From NCBI GenBank assembly GCA_964270895.1, contig OZ185440.1: 64,000 nucleotides of DNA. One strand, 5' to 3'. Shown here one piece after another: positions 23,801-34,000 of this stretch. Position numbers and translations under genes: made by a program. A model generated the notes under the pieces. That model saw nothing but the letters and a program-made list of their open reading frames with translations, was not told the origin of the DNA and searched no databases. This stretch comes from Podarcis filfolensis (lineage: Eukaryota). Position 1 is the first letter of the stretch; every line of letters begins with the position of its first letter.

Positions 23801-25672
23801 CAGCCATGTTCTCTTACTACTAGATCCAATGAGAAGTATCTGACTCAGTCAGACTCTAGGAATTATCATTTCTACAGTTCTAGCCTGAGTACATCTTAGT
23901 CAGATATCACATTGTATTCTTCTCTCACCTATCAAACATCTCAGGGTAGACAGGAAACTTGGGCTGTGATCCTATGCACTTACCTAGCAGTAAGCCCCCA
24001 CTGAACATAGTAGGATTTACCTCTGAGTAAATAGTGCAGGACTACTCTGTAAACAATGTGTTTGTTTAAACAAATGCTCCTCAAAAGAGTACAGTACTTA
24101 GTTCACAAACCAGAGGAGTAGTTGCTTGGACATCCATGTACAATGGTCGAAGCGAAGTTTCATCAGCACTGCCTATGCCTAGGGAAAGACAACTATATGA
24201 GTGACAAATGCAAATTTGCAGAAGATATCATTTCTACTATGGGGTGGAGGACTTATTCCAGTATGTAGTATAATATGAAGATTAATTAATGCACAAGCAA
24301 TTCAGACAGGTGGTTAAAACATATTTTTCAAAAATACTTCCACTTTAAGTTCAGCTTCAGAAGCTGATACACAGGACTATATTGTTCAGGCAGCTATAAC
24401 AAAGCATTTCAACCAGAAAGTGGCATTTTAAAAGTTTGAAACTGAACTACCAGCAGAAATCAATTGAACTGAGCTCACACAATAGTGAAGTGTCCAAAGA
24501 GCAAGATTATGTCCATGGCTTAGCTATATGTAACATATAAAACATTTTCGGATTCAGAATGTTTGGTTCCTATTAGGATTGCTGAGAAAAGGTTTCCAAC
24601 CAGTGATGCAGCGGAGCAGGAACATGGGAGCTTCAGTAGTTATTCATACCTGGAGCAATGGCATCTGACTGGGCAGTATTTGCCAGCACTGCAAGCTTGG
24701 CAGTTGGATCTGGTCTGCCACATAATACTTTTATTAGGTAGGCTAGGCTCAGACTTTAACTGGCCCAAGGTCACCCAGTGAACTTCATGGCTGATTGAAG
24801 ATGGGAACCCAACTCCCTCCCATTCTAAAAATGGGCATTATGCAATGTATTGCTGATCAACAAAGAAGCCTACTCCCCACCCTTTAACTGTTCTTAGGAA
24901 TGTAACCATGTGAGCTGTCGCGATGAGTTCCTGCCCTTCCAACATTACTAACTACGCCACTTTTGCAAACCCAAGGTTGGGCCTGTAACTTTCAAAGGGC
25001 TGTAATCCCACCCCCGTCATCTCAACGATCCCTTGGGCTGCGACAGTAGGACTCAATCGCAATGCCGTTTGCTGCAGCTGACGGGAGAGAAAGTTGGACG
25101 GACCACCACAACACCGGGAGGCGTAGCTATTTATTTACACGTTCTCTTTCTGCGCTTGAGCTCTTCGCATCGTGCCCGGGGCTAGTAGTAGCGTCGCTGC
25201 GGCGGCTCTACCCCTTCGGATCTTGCGGCTCTACGGCCCCGATCCTCTACTACTTTCACATTCAGCCAAGGTTGTTTCCAGATGACAGCAAACCCACTTC
25301 AGAGAGTAAGCCCTCAACAGGAAAAAAATGAAATACTGAGCAAGCTGCCTTAGGGAAGAAGGGACCAGGCGACTCTCACTCGCGTTTGGTTTTTTCCCCC
25401 TGCGCGAGCTTCCCAAGCCCGCAGCAGCGGAAAACATAACATTGCCCAGGAGGCAGATGCCATCGCAGCTGCGGAAGGGAGCCGCCTACCAGCTGCTTCG
25501 GCTGAAACTCGCGATCCGCCGGGCGTCCCGCCAGGCTCGCTCGCCCTTCTGGCGGGATTGCAAAGGACAGAGCGCCGTTACCTTGCTGCTGCGGAGCCCC
25601 TGAAAGCCGCCTCCTTTGGCCGGCTAGCAGTCCTCTCAGAGCCCGCCATGTCGCCGGCCGCACCGCCATCAT
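11814..25672 (-). CDS. NFS1: Cysteine desulfurase NFS1, mitochondrial (PLP-dependent, Fe-S cluster assembly), 13 exons, 441 aa
   Basis: Exons: 25672-25582, 24178-24111, 23571-23455, 21569-21486, 20207-20055, 19622-19529, 18877-18743, 17304-17147, 16150-16045, 14805-14724, 12928-12845, 12579-12490, 11877-11814 (1326 nt, frame intact). Motifs: [62 protein letters not shown] (PLP lysine), [14 protein letters not shown] (catalytic Cys), C-terminus KSIKWTQH*. Confidence 0.98.
12688..12823. mobile_element. Fold-back hAT-type MITE
   Basis: Almost fully palindromic (GGCATAGGCAAA...TTTGCCTATGC). Imperfect 8-bp TSD gtctagaa/atttagaa. Confidence 0.8.
14361..14656 (-). mobile_element. tRNA/CORE-type squamate SINE (Squam3-like) with long (CTT)n tail
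   Basis: tRNA-like head GTGTAGTGGTTAAGAGC...GGTTTGATTCCCC and CORE-like GACCTTGGGCTAGTCAC. About 20 GAA units on the plus strand. Near-identical copy at 18115-18361. Confidence 0.85.
14870..15196 (-). mobile_element. CR1-type 3' end fragment interrupted by a Tigger-like MITE
   Basis: agaatcatagaat...[MITE]...gaagggactacaagggtcatctagttcaacccc ctgcaatgcaggaat. Uninterrupted relatives near 40455-40515 and 50290-50357. Confidence 0.6.
14891..15143. mobile_element. Tc1/mariner (Tigger-like) MITE with intact TIRs
   Basis: TA|CAGTGGTACCTCGCAAGACGAA ... TTCGTCTTGCGAGGTACCACTG|TA, with internal CGCAAGACGAA repeats. Confidence 0.9.
17900..18112 (-). mobile_element. Possible degenerate DIRS-type tyrosine recombinase remnant
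   Basis: Minus strand gives fragments ...QATST(fs)[10 protein letters not shown]...AQGTKGT, loosely resembling the YR motif S.WI..CI..AY...AHSTRA. Weak. Confidence 0.25.
18115..18361 (-). mobile_element. Squam3-like SINE
   Basis: High similarity to the 14361-14656 copy; short GAA/GAG tail. Confidence 0.85.
18465..18602. mobile_element. Fold-back hAT-type MITE, diverged copy
   Basis: CAGGGATAGGGAGCCTGTGG...CCACAGGTTCTCCAGCCCTG with inner GACTACAAGTCCCATCATCC. Confidence 0.7.
21870..22720 (+). mobile_element. L2/CR1-group LINE fragment (degenerate reverse transcriptase)
   Basis: QYADDT at 22251-22268, followed by decayed [18 protein letters not shown] and SLGVLL matches; many stops. Confidence 0.75.
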
Positions 25673-26200
25673 CGTCACACCTTCTCCCGGCCGAGCGCAG
25701 CCACAGGCACCCACAAGAACGACGACCGCCACCCCCTCCCCGCCGAGAGAGCCGTTTCCTGTGACGTAATCGGAGTGCGACGGAAGCGCAGGCCGCGCTG
25801 AGGGAAACTCGGGTGGAACGAAGCGCGGAGTGGTCGAGGTGAGGGGGGACGAGGGAAGAAGCAGGGAAAAGGCTGTTTGCAGGCGGGCCCAGAGAGCGAG
25901 GTGGTCCAGGGTGGGCTTTCTGACGCTGGGTATCCGGGTGGGGGTGGGGTGGGGTCTCTCTCGGTTGCTATAGCGATGCCGCCGTTTGCGTCGTTCTCGT
26001 CTCCCGAGCTTTTCCCCGCGTCGTTGGCCTTCGTGGTTTCAGCGAAACTGAGAAACTCAATAAGCAAGTGGGACAGAAAGATAACGCGCGCCCTTAAACG
26101 CACGATATTTAAAGACCTCGGTGTTCGTTGCCACGTAACCTAAAAATTATAAAGTCGCGGGTGTTAGTCTGGAGCCCATCTTATTGCGTCCCCTCCCCCG
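25050..26200. promoter_or_regulatory. CpG island / compact bidirectional promoter of NFS1 (minus) and ROMO1 (plus)
   Basis: NFS1 ATG at 25672 and ROMO1 exon-1 donor (GAG|GTGAGG, 25838) are 166 bp apart. Between them: CRE-like TGACGTAA (25762-25769) and ETS-like TTCCT / CGGAAG cores. Confidence 0.85.
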
Positions 26201-27304
26201 CACATCCCCAACAAAAAGATCTGTCAGTCTTTTGTGAATTATTCCTCTTTTGGTCTCTGTATCCCTTTAAAAGCGGCAGTGTTTTTCCAGAAACTGGTCC
26301 GTTTCTCCATATTGGAGGAAATTGCTGATACTCGCACAAGAGATAAGCAAGAATATAGGGATTTTAATCTTTAAATTAGAATGGCTATGCTGCTGGCTTT
26401 TTGGTGTGTTGCTTTTTAAATATAAAAAGCATTACGTAAGCGTCTACGAGTTCAAGGTCTAGATTGCGCCACATTACAAATAATGGCTGAACTCCCTGGA
26501 AGATTCAGTGGGGATATATATCCTTCAAGCTAATGTTAACAATATATTTGTCTGTTGTCAGTCCCTTTTGGTTTGGGATTGTTTGGCAACTTGTGTGTTT
26601 GAACTTCTGCTTGCTAAACTACTGAACTACTACAAGTGTTACCTAGTGAGAAAGTATTGCTTCATAATTTAAATATTTAATAATTTAAACAGTTGCAAAA
26701 TAGAACTTTGTCTAAGTATTTCTTAAGAGACCAGACAGGGTAGTTAATGGAAATAGCTTAAAATCTCAAAGTTTATAGTTCATTTCTAAGTTGCTGTTCA
26801 TTCAATGAAGTCGATTTGTAACAGTACTTTAATATATATTGCAAAATGAAATATATTTTTAAAATTTTTTTTTTAATGATGTTGAGTCTAAAGTACTTTT
26901 CAGGCTAGTCCATAACTGACTTGCATTCATCCTTTTTACATTTCTATCACACAGTTGATTGGCAATCCCAAAGAAAATGTGACTAGAATAATACAGTACT
27001 AGGTTTAGTGGAGGAAACTAATTACCGTATCTTCACACAGGTAGTGCTTACTGCATGTTTAACTCATTTGCCTCCCTGGGGCATTCTGAGAAAATCTTTG
27101 TGGTCTTTGTGAAGCAAATAAATCAATGAATTCCTATGGTGCTACTGCTGAAAACTTCTTGGTGCAGGGACTTCTTTTTCACCTTTGTTATTCCTAACAG
27201 TCATGTACATTTCATATTTGGAGTGGTCTATCCACACCGGAGATGAGGATTATCATCTGCATGGAAACGATAGATATTCTTTAAGTATTTTTTTATATTT
27301 TTAG

Positions 27305-28349
27305 ATGCCTGTGACAGTGGGGCCATATGGCCAGTCCCAACCCAGTTGCTTTGACAGAGTGAAAATGGGCTTCATGATGGGCTTTGCTGTTGGTATGGCA
27401 GCGGGTGCACTGTTTGGCACATTTTCTTGTCTCAGGTATGTTGGAATGTAGTTGAATGCAACATAAATCCTAAAAAGAATCTTCTTCGTTAGCTTTCCTG
27501 GCTTAGGAACAGAGCAAAATAATGCAATATGATTGTATCACAGGCAGTAACCATTTCGAGCAGGGATTCCATTTCCAGCCCAGCAGGAGTCGGAGATGCA
27601 GATATGTGTCCCGCCCTCATTACGGCCATGGTCTGCACTCTTCCAAGTCCATAAGGACCCATGTGTCAGTGATTGCGTGTCAATTGCACATGCCCCAAAT
27701 GGCTACCGCCTGTACTTAACAATCTTTTATGCTTACTTCCCCACTTGTTCTGTGGATTGTTGCCAGATAACAGACCCATGACTGCAATCCTGTACATTTC
27801 TGAGAGCAAGATGCATTCATGAGTATAAAGCTTTAGATAAAATCTATAGTAGAAATTACTTCAGCTGGAGAGTAATTAGTACTAAAACTTTGTACTCTTA
27901 AACTGTGTTTGTATATATATACTAGCAAAGTAAAGGATGGGGTTTGGGATTAATACTAAATCTTAAAAGATGTGTTTTCAAATGACCTATCATTAACCTC
28001 TTCTCTTTGAATTAGAGTTTAGTTTTTGGGAAGTACTTCTGTTTATTAAGTTGCACTGGCTGGCAGACCACCCCGTGCTTACTATGAGCTAACTTGCTGT
28101 ATAGGTCACTCCAAAGTACCCACTCAAAATTAGTGAAGTTTTTTTACGTTGATTGCATTTCCCAGTAATCAGAAACAAAATTATTTTCCCGTGATTATTG
28201 TGGGAAGTAACCACCTCTGTCATTGTTTCTTCTCTTTTAGGTTTGGCATGAGAGGGCGAGAACTGATGGGTGGTGTTGGCAAAACCATGATGCAGAGTGG
28301 TGGAACTTTTGGGACATTTATGGCAATTGGCATGGGAATCCGCTGTTAA
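27305..28349 (+). CDS. ROMO1: Reactive oxygen species modulator 1 (Mgr2 family, TIM23-associated), 2 coding exons, 79 aa
   Basis: Exons 27305-27435 and 28241-28349 with canonical AG/GT sites give [79 protein letters not shown]. Non-coding exon 1 ends at 25838. Confidence 0.98.
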
Positions 28350-28410
28350 TGTTACTTTTCTATCACGAAGACCAATACCCCTGCAAGTTGGAAGTTCTGC
28401 TATGTAGTAG

Positions 28411-28416
28411 AATAAA
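28411..28416 (+). terminator. ROMO1: Probable ROMO1 polyadenylation signal AATAAA
   Basis: AATAAA about 60 nt after the stop codon. Confidence 0.65.
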
Positions 28417-29839
28417 AATCTCTGCACCAAGATTGAATAATCCATCAAAATAAGTTTCGGCCGTTATTGCTGTAGCAAGAGTTTGTAAATCTTTTTCTCC
28501 GTAACAAAAGTGGCAAAGGCAGTGGAGATTTAGAAGCAATGGAATCTCTGTATACAGTGAATCTCCGTGGATGTGACCTCAAATAAATGATCAATTATAG
28601 GAATCATACCTATTAGAAGATGCTTTTTAATTGGTGTCAAGTGTTTCCTGCATTGGTATGATTAGTTTATTACAAGATCAGCCATTGTTTATCAAAGGAA
28701 TCTTCTGTCCGTGATTTTGTAAGCCAAACCAGGGAGGCCTGAATTTTTGCAAAAATCCCAAGTTTATGGAGGTGGAATAAAATTGGATAAAAGCGTGTAT
28801 GTGAAAGGATTAATTTAAATCATTGCATGGATAATCAAAAGAAGTTGGTACCAAGTGTTTGCAGTGTAAGCCTAATAACAGTTTCATGTTAATTTGCACT
28901 TATTCTGGGAGAGTAAAAGTAATTTTCATTGCATGTTTAAAGAAGTCCATAGCTTTCCACTTGGTGATAACAAGAACTTCCTACTGTAGGATTGGATCAC
29001 TACTATTATAGAAGGGGAACTCAGGCCCTCTTATGCCTTTGAGAGAAGGGGATAATTAAATAACACAAAAAAATGAGAACTTGTTTGGGTATGTTGTGAA
29101 TTGATTTGGCATATTCACCAGATTAACTATTTTCACTTAATAGGCATAGTTATATAGGGTGCCACCCAACTGAATGGTGTCACTTATAATTCATTTTTAC
29201 AGTTTCTCATTTAGTTTCAAATTTGTCTGAGTATAGCCTTCTCAAGATATAACCAAATTAACAAAACTTTTAGTTTAAAAACGTTGTTTAGTTTAAAAAT
29301 GCTTTCCATCAGTTGTCAAGGGCCACACACTTTACAGATAGGTTATTTAGGTGATATAGTATCCTATGTTGCAATTCGAGCTTTAGCAGCTGCATGGCTG
29401 TTAGTGGCAGAGAGGTGAACCTAAGTTTGATTTTTTTGTGTTCACTGGAATTGACACATGGGAGTTATAAGTACCCAACTGGCAACCTTTGCCATCCACA
29501 TAGACATTATAGAGTAGTCCAGAAGAAAAGGCCATCAAAGTCATTGTGATGAGTACGAGATGATACAACACTGGGTATGGACTTGCTTCTGCACTACTTG
29601 TGCTGAGCAGAGTAGTACATTGCTCCAACTAACAGGCAGGCCTCACTAGGTTTTCCCCCTCCATTGGTGAACTTCGTCTGTCCCATGTCTCATTCGGGCA
29701 AGAGAAGATGATAGCTGCGTATGCTTCCAACATTTAGTAACGGCAGCAGTCAATCTGTGGTCATGCAAACACTCCGGAAATTCCAAATGTGCCTGTAGGC
29801 CCAAGGTGGTTAGGGACCCCTCCTCTACACCGTGACAAA

Positions 29840-29946
29840 TGTAGCTTGAACAAAAAAATTTTTTTTCTTCCAGTAGCACCTTAAAGACCAACTAAGTTAG
29901 TTCTTGGTATGAGCTTTCGTGTGCATGCACACTTCTTCAGATACAC
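29840..29946. mobile_element. Penelope-like element terminal (pseudo-LTR) fragment
   Basis: ttccagtagcaccttaaagaccaactaagttagttcttggtatgagctttcgtgtgcatgcacacttcttcagatacac matches, from memory, the common squamate Penelope terminal repeat and contains a hammerhead core. Confidence 0.7.
29907..29944 (-). ncRNA. Minimal type I hammerhead ribozyme motif (Penelope-associated)
   Basis: Minus strand reads GUAU CUGAAGA A GUGUGC-AU-GCACAC GAA AGCU C/AUAC: CUGANGA box, 6-bp helix II, GAAA box, palindromic AGCU mini helix III, UC cleavage site and 4-bp helix I. Confidence 0.75.
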
Positions 29947-30139
29947 AGCTTGGTTTTTAAACTAAGAAATTCTGGTGGATGTGTGTAAGGAAAAACTGAG
30001 TGCACTAAGGTGAACAGAGGGAGGGAAAGAGAAGCTCAAACTGTTGCTGATTTTCCAGCATTTTAACTATTCACAATTTGCATTTTTCTGGTTAATTTGA
30101 GTTCTCAAAAATAATGCTTTTGGAGGCCTTTAGGAGAAT

Positions 30140-30145
30140 TTTATT
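30140..30145 (-). terminator. RBM39: Candidate RBM39 polyadenylation signal (AATAAA on minus). Alternatives: ATTAAA 30359-30364, AATAAA 28666-28671
   Basis: tttatt on the plus strand about 870 nt past the RBM39 stop. Which signal is used cannot be seen. Confidence 0.4.
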
Positions 30146-31009
30146 GAGTGGTTCTTACAAAGATCATTGCAATATGAAAGTCATTTGTTGATAGAAATAT
30201 CAAGCTGTTTTGTCAAACACATTGAAGTAACCCAAAAATATATTTCAGAGCTCACAGAGCTTAAAAAAGAGCAGATTATATGCAACCAGACAAAATATAT
30301 TCCTGCATTTCCTACTTCAACTTTCAAACTTAGGTACATTCCCTGCAATCAATGGAACTTTAATCTGGAAATGCAGAGATAGCTTTGTTTGGAATTCTAA
30401 ACACACCTTACACCTTATTTACAAGAAACTTTTACAGAGACAATCAAAAGTTACCATCTAGAAATAAAATCTTCTATAATCCTCCAAATTTTGCCAACTG
30501 GTCAACATTAAGTGAGCAGAACAGCTGGCCAAAGAAATCACTCAGTAGCCTCTCAAATTTTTGATCCATACAAAACACACTAAATATGTCCAGTTAAATC
30601 TGATATTAACCTTTAGCAGAGCATCTACATTTAGGTGAATGTAAAATGTAATACCTGCATTAAAAGAAAAGGCTTGTGAAACATTAAAATTTATGTCCTG
30701 TCCACCTTTTACAGAAAAATCTTTTCTATGAGCTACATCTGTTCCTACAGATCACTTTAGCCAAATGTTCTAAATGTACAAGAATTACAAGGCAGAACAA
30801 GTAGTCAGCTTTGTATACAGTGGGAATGCTAATCAAGAGAATGAACACACAGCATTCCTGCTTACTCTATTTTTTGTTTTTCGTTTAAAAGTAACAGGAA
30901 ATGTACACAAAAGGACTTTACAGCCTTTCCTCTTGTCTTCTTCTAATTAAAAAGGTAACTCAAGTCTTCCTTCAAAAATAGCTATGTACAAAACTGACTA
31001 AATCCATCT

Positions 31010-34000
31010 TCATCGCCGAGCAGGAACCAAGAGCTGGGTTGCGTTCATAGAATCAGGGAAAAGGTTGTGGTATGTTGGAAGTGGTACGTACGCTGCTGTG
31101 ATCATTTTACCTAAAAGAAACGATAGAGGGGAAAACTGCTTAAAATTCTTGCTTACTTTTTAAACAAGAATGAACAAAATGAGAAAGGTGCAATGCCTAT
31201 GAAGTTCATTACAAGACCTCCAAGGACTATTGTTTTAGTAAACTTCTATCCTCACAATGCATCTGCAATGCTCAGGGAGGTTTTCAACAACAAAAAGAAG
31301 AAAAAACCATAAAAATCATCTGTCTAACAAGAGCAATACTTTCCAGAATTAGAACTTGCTAATCAGTCCAATGAAAAAAATATTAAGGTTACAGTAAGTT
31401 AACAGTAAAATATCACTGAGTAAGGCAGGGGTTTTCAACCAGTGTGCCGTGGCACCCGGGGGGGGGGGCCTTGAATGATGGTCAGGTGCTGCAGGGAAAG
31501 GTGCCTCCTTACACTGCCTTACAGGGGCCTGGGAAGCACCCCCTGGCCAGCCCCAGAGAAACCGGGGAGCTTGTAGTCGGGTCTGCTGCAACTAACAGCT
31601 GTGCAAGCCTTTTGAGAGGCAGAGACGCAAGAAGGCATCAGAAGGGGGAGGGAAAGAAAGACGGACAGGGGCCAGTGTTGCCCGTGGCACCCCTGACCAT
31701 CATTCAAGGCACCCCAGGGTGACACAGCACACTGGTTGAAAACCACTGCTGTAACGTACAAAAATCTGTCTGGCAAAGAAGGATGGGGCATCAAAGGCTG
31801 CACTAAACTTAAATGGAACTGTTGATACTCTTGTAATATAATTGTTGGGAAAGTATCCTGGGTAAGGGATGGCAAACTGAAAACAGGTGGAAGGGTTATA
31901 TATCTCACCCAGCAATTGCCCAAGTGGGAAGAAATAACCTTCTTCCCAAAAATGTCAATCCCATCTGAGTTCAACTGCAAATCATCAATCTAGACAATTA
32001 AAAGTATTAGAACTTATTTAAGCAGCCCAAATCAACATGTGTTCTAAGGGCACTGGCTTACTAGCTCTGAAGATAAATTTGCAAGAAGTATGGTAGAGAT
32101 GCTGTCGTTCTCAGTGGAAGCCTGCAAACTGATACCACTTCCCCCAAGTACTTGTGATTACCTAGTTCTATAGGTGGTGTTCTAAGAAACAACTCCCCTA
32201 ACTATTTATTTCTCAAAGTCCCAGCTGCTTATCTATACCTATTACCTGTTAGACAGCAACAAGGCAAATATTACCTGAGGGTAATAGGGCGGTATATAAA
32301 TTCTAATTCTAATAATAATAGTAATAAACAACTTCAGTTCACATACCTGCAAACCACCTTCCATGTAATGCATTGACAGCTGCAATTGCTGCAGCTATTG
32401 AAGGGCATTTGACATACACATTACCCTGAAATACAAACAACATTTACTGCATTTAACAGAACTGTTCACTTGCAGATCAACAGAAATCAACAATTCAAGT
32501 TGCTGGAACAAAACTACAGATTAAATGTGAATAAATATTTTAATCCATCAAAGGAATTTAATATACTTATATCCTGCCTTTTCTGCACAAAATTAATTCA
32601 AGGCAGTTTATGCTAAAGTACATCATGCAAGTAATCAAAAAAAAAAGAAAAAAGAAAAGCAATTTGTTCTGAATGTTTAACCTGATACAAAGGTCTGATG
32701 GTAGCATTTTGTACCAACTGAAGTTTCCAAAAGCTTTTAAAGGGCAGTGCCACAAAAAGCATGAGGTAACGAAGGCTTGAAAGACTGTGGCATGGTCCAG
32801 TTTCATCAGGAACGGCTGTATCTGGCATATCAGTCAAAGGTGAGCACATAGCCACCTGTGCATCTGAAAGCAGAACTAGATTATGGAGCACTCCTACATG
32901 ATTTTGTAGGGCAGAGATGGGGAATCTGTGGTATTTCAGTTGTTTCTGGACTACAATTCCCATCATCTCTGACCACTAGCCATGTTGGCTGAGGTAGGTT
33001 GGGAGTTCAACAACATCTGGAGTACTACAGGTTCCCCATCAAAGTTTTAGGTGCATGCAAATCTCATTTAGGTTTCAAAGTGTCATCTTTTTTCCTTTAA
33101 CTGAGATGGTCTATGGCAGAGCTTTCCAAACTGTGTCATGACATGTTAGTGTGTCAGCTGTGGTGTGGTGTGTCACATGAACACTCCCCACGCTCCTCCC
33201 AGGGCTGGAAAGGGGCTAGTCTAACCTCCGGTTTGCTAGTAAAACTGAATTACTGTGTCCATGCAGTACTTACTGAACCTATATTCTTTGCAGCCAGTGA
33301 TTCAGGATTCATAAACATGTATTTTAACCTTGCAATGATGTAAATAGTAATTGAATCAATGTCTGTACAGTCGTACCTCGGGTTACATATGCTTCAGGTT
33401 ACGTACGCTTCAGGTTACAGACTCCGCTAACCGAGAAATAGTACCTCGGGTTAAGAACTTTGCTTCAGGATGAGAACAGAAATTGTGCTCTGGACCTCCG
33501 GAACGAATTAAGTACTTAATCTGAGGTACCACTGTATAGACATTTTGTTCACTGACAACTGAGTAACAGAGTTTTCTGGCATCACACAGAGAATACTTTA
33601 GTCTGGTCTGTTTGTAGAACATAAAATGCTCCCAAAGTACTTGACCATACTATTAGTAGTACAGTGGTGTATAGCCACATCTTGTAGAAGTATAGGAACA
33701 AATAGAAGTTACCACCTTTGGGTACTGATTTAATCAACATACCTGAGCTGAATTTTTGTCTACATAAATATGGACAACGCCTCCATGTTTGTTACACTCC
33801 TCAATCACATCATCCTTAATTTCTGTATCCCAGCCAGCGTCTTCTTCACTGAAGAGTAAGACAATACACAAATTAATTAATTATTCTTCATACGTATACT
33901 GAAAATAAGAGAAATAAAATAGATTTTACAAAAAGAGAGAGAGAGAGAGATTAACTTACGTTTGAGGATTAAACATATTGGAGAGCTGGAAGCACTGTGT

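Noticed and set aside
25673-25732. 20-aa N-terminal extension of NFS1 suggested by the ORF track
   Set aside because: The track starts at GTG, not ATG, and it lies at or beyond the likely TSS. The MMAVRP start gives a normal presequence.
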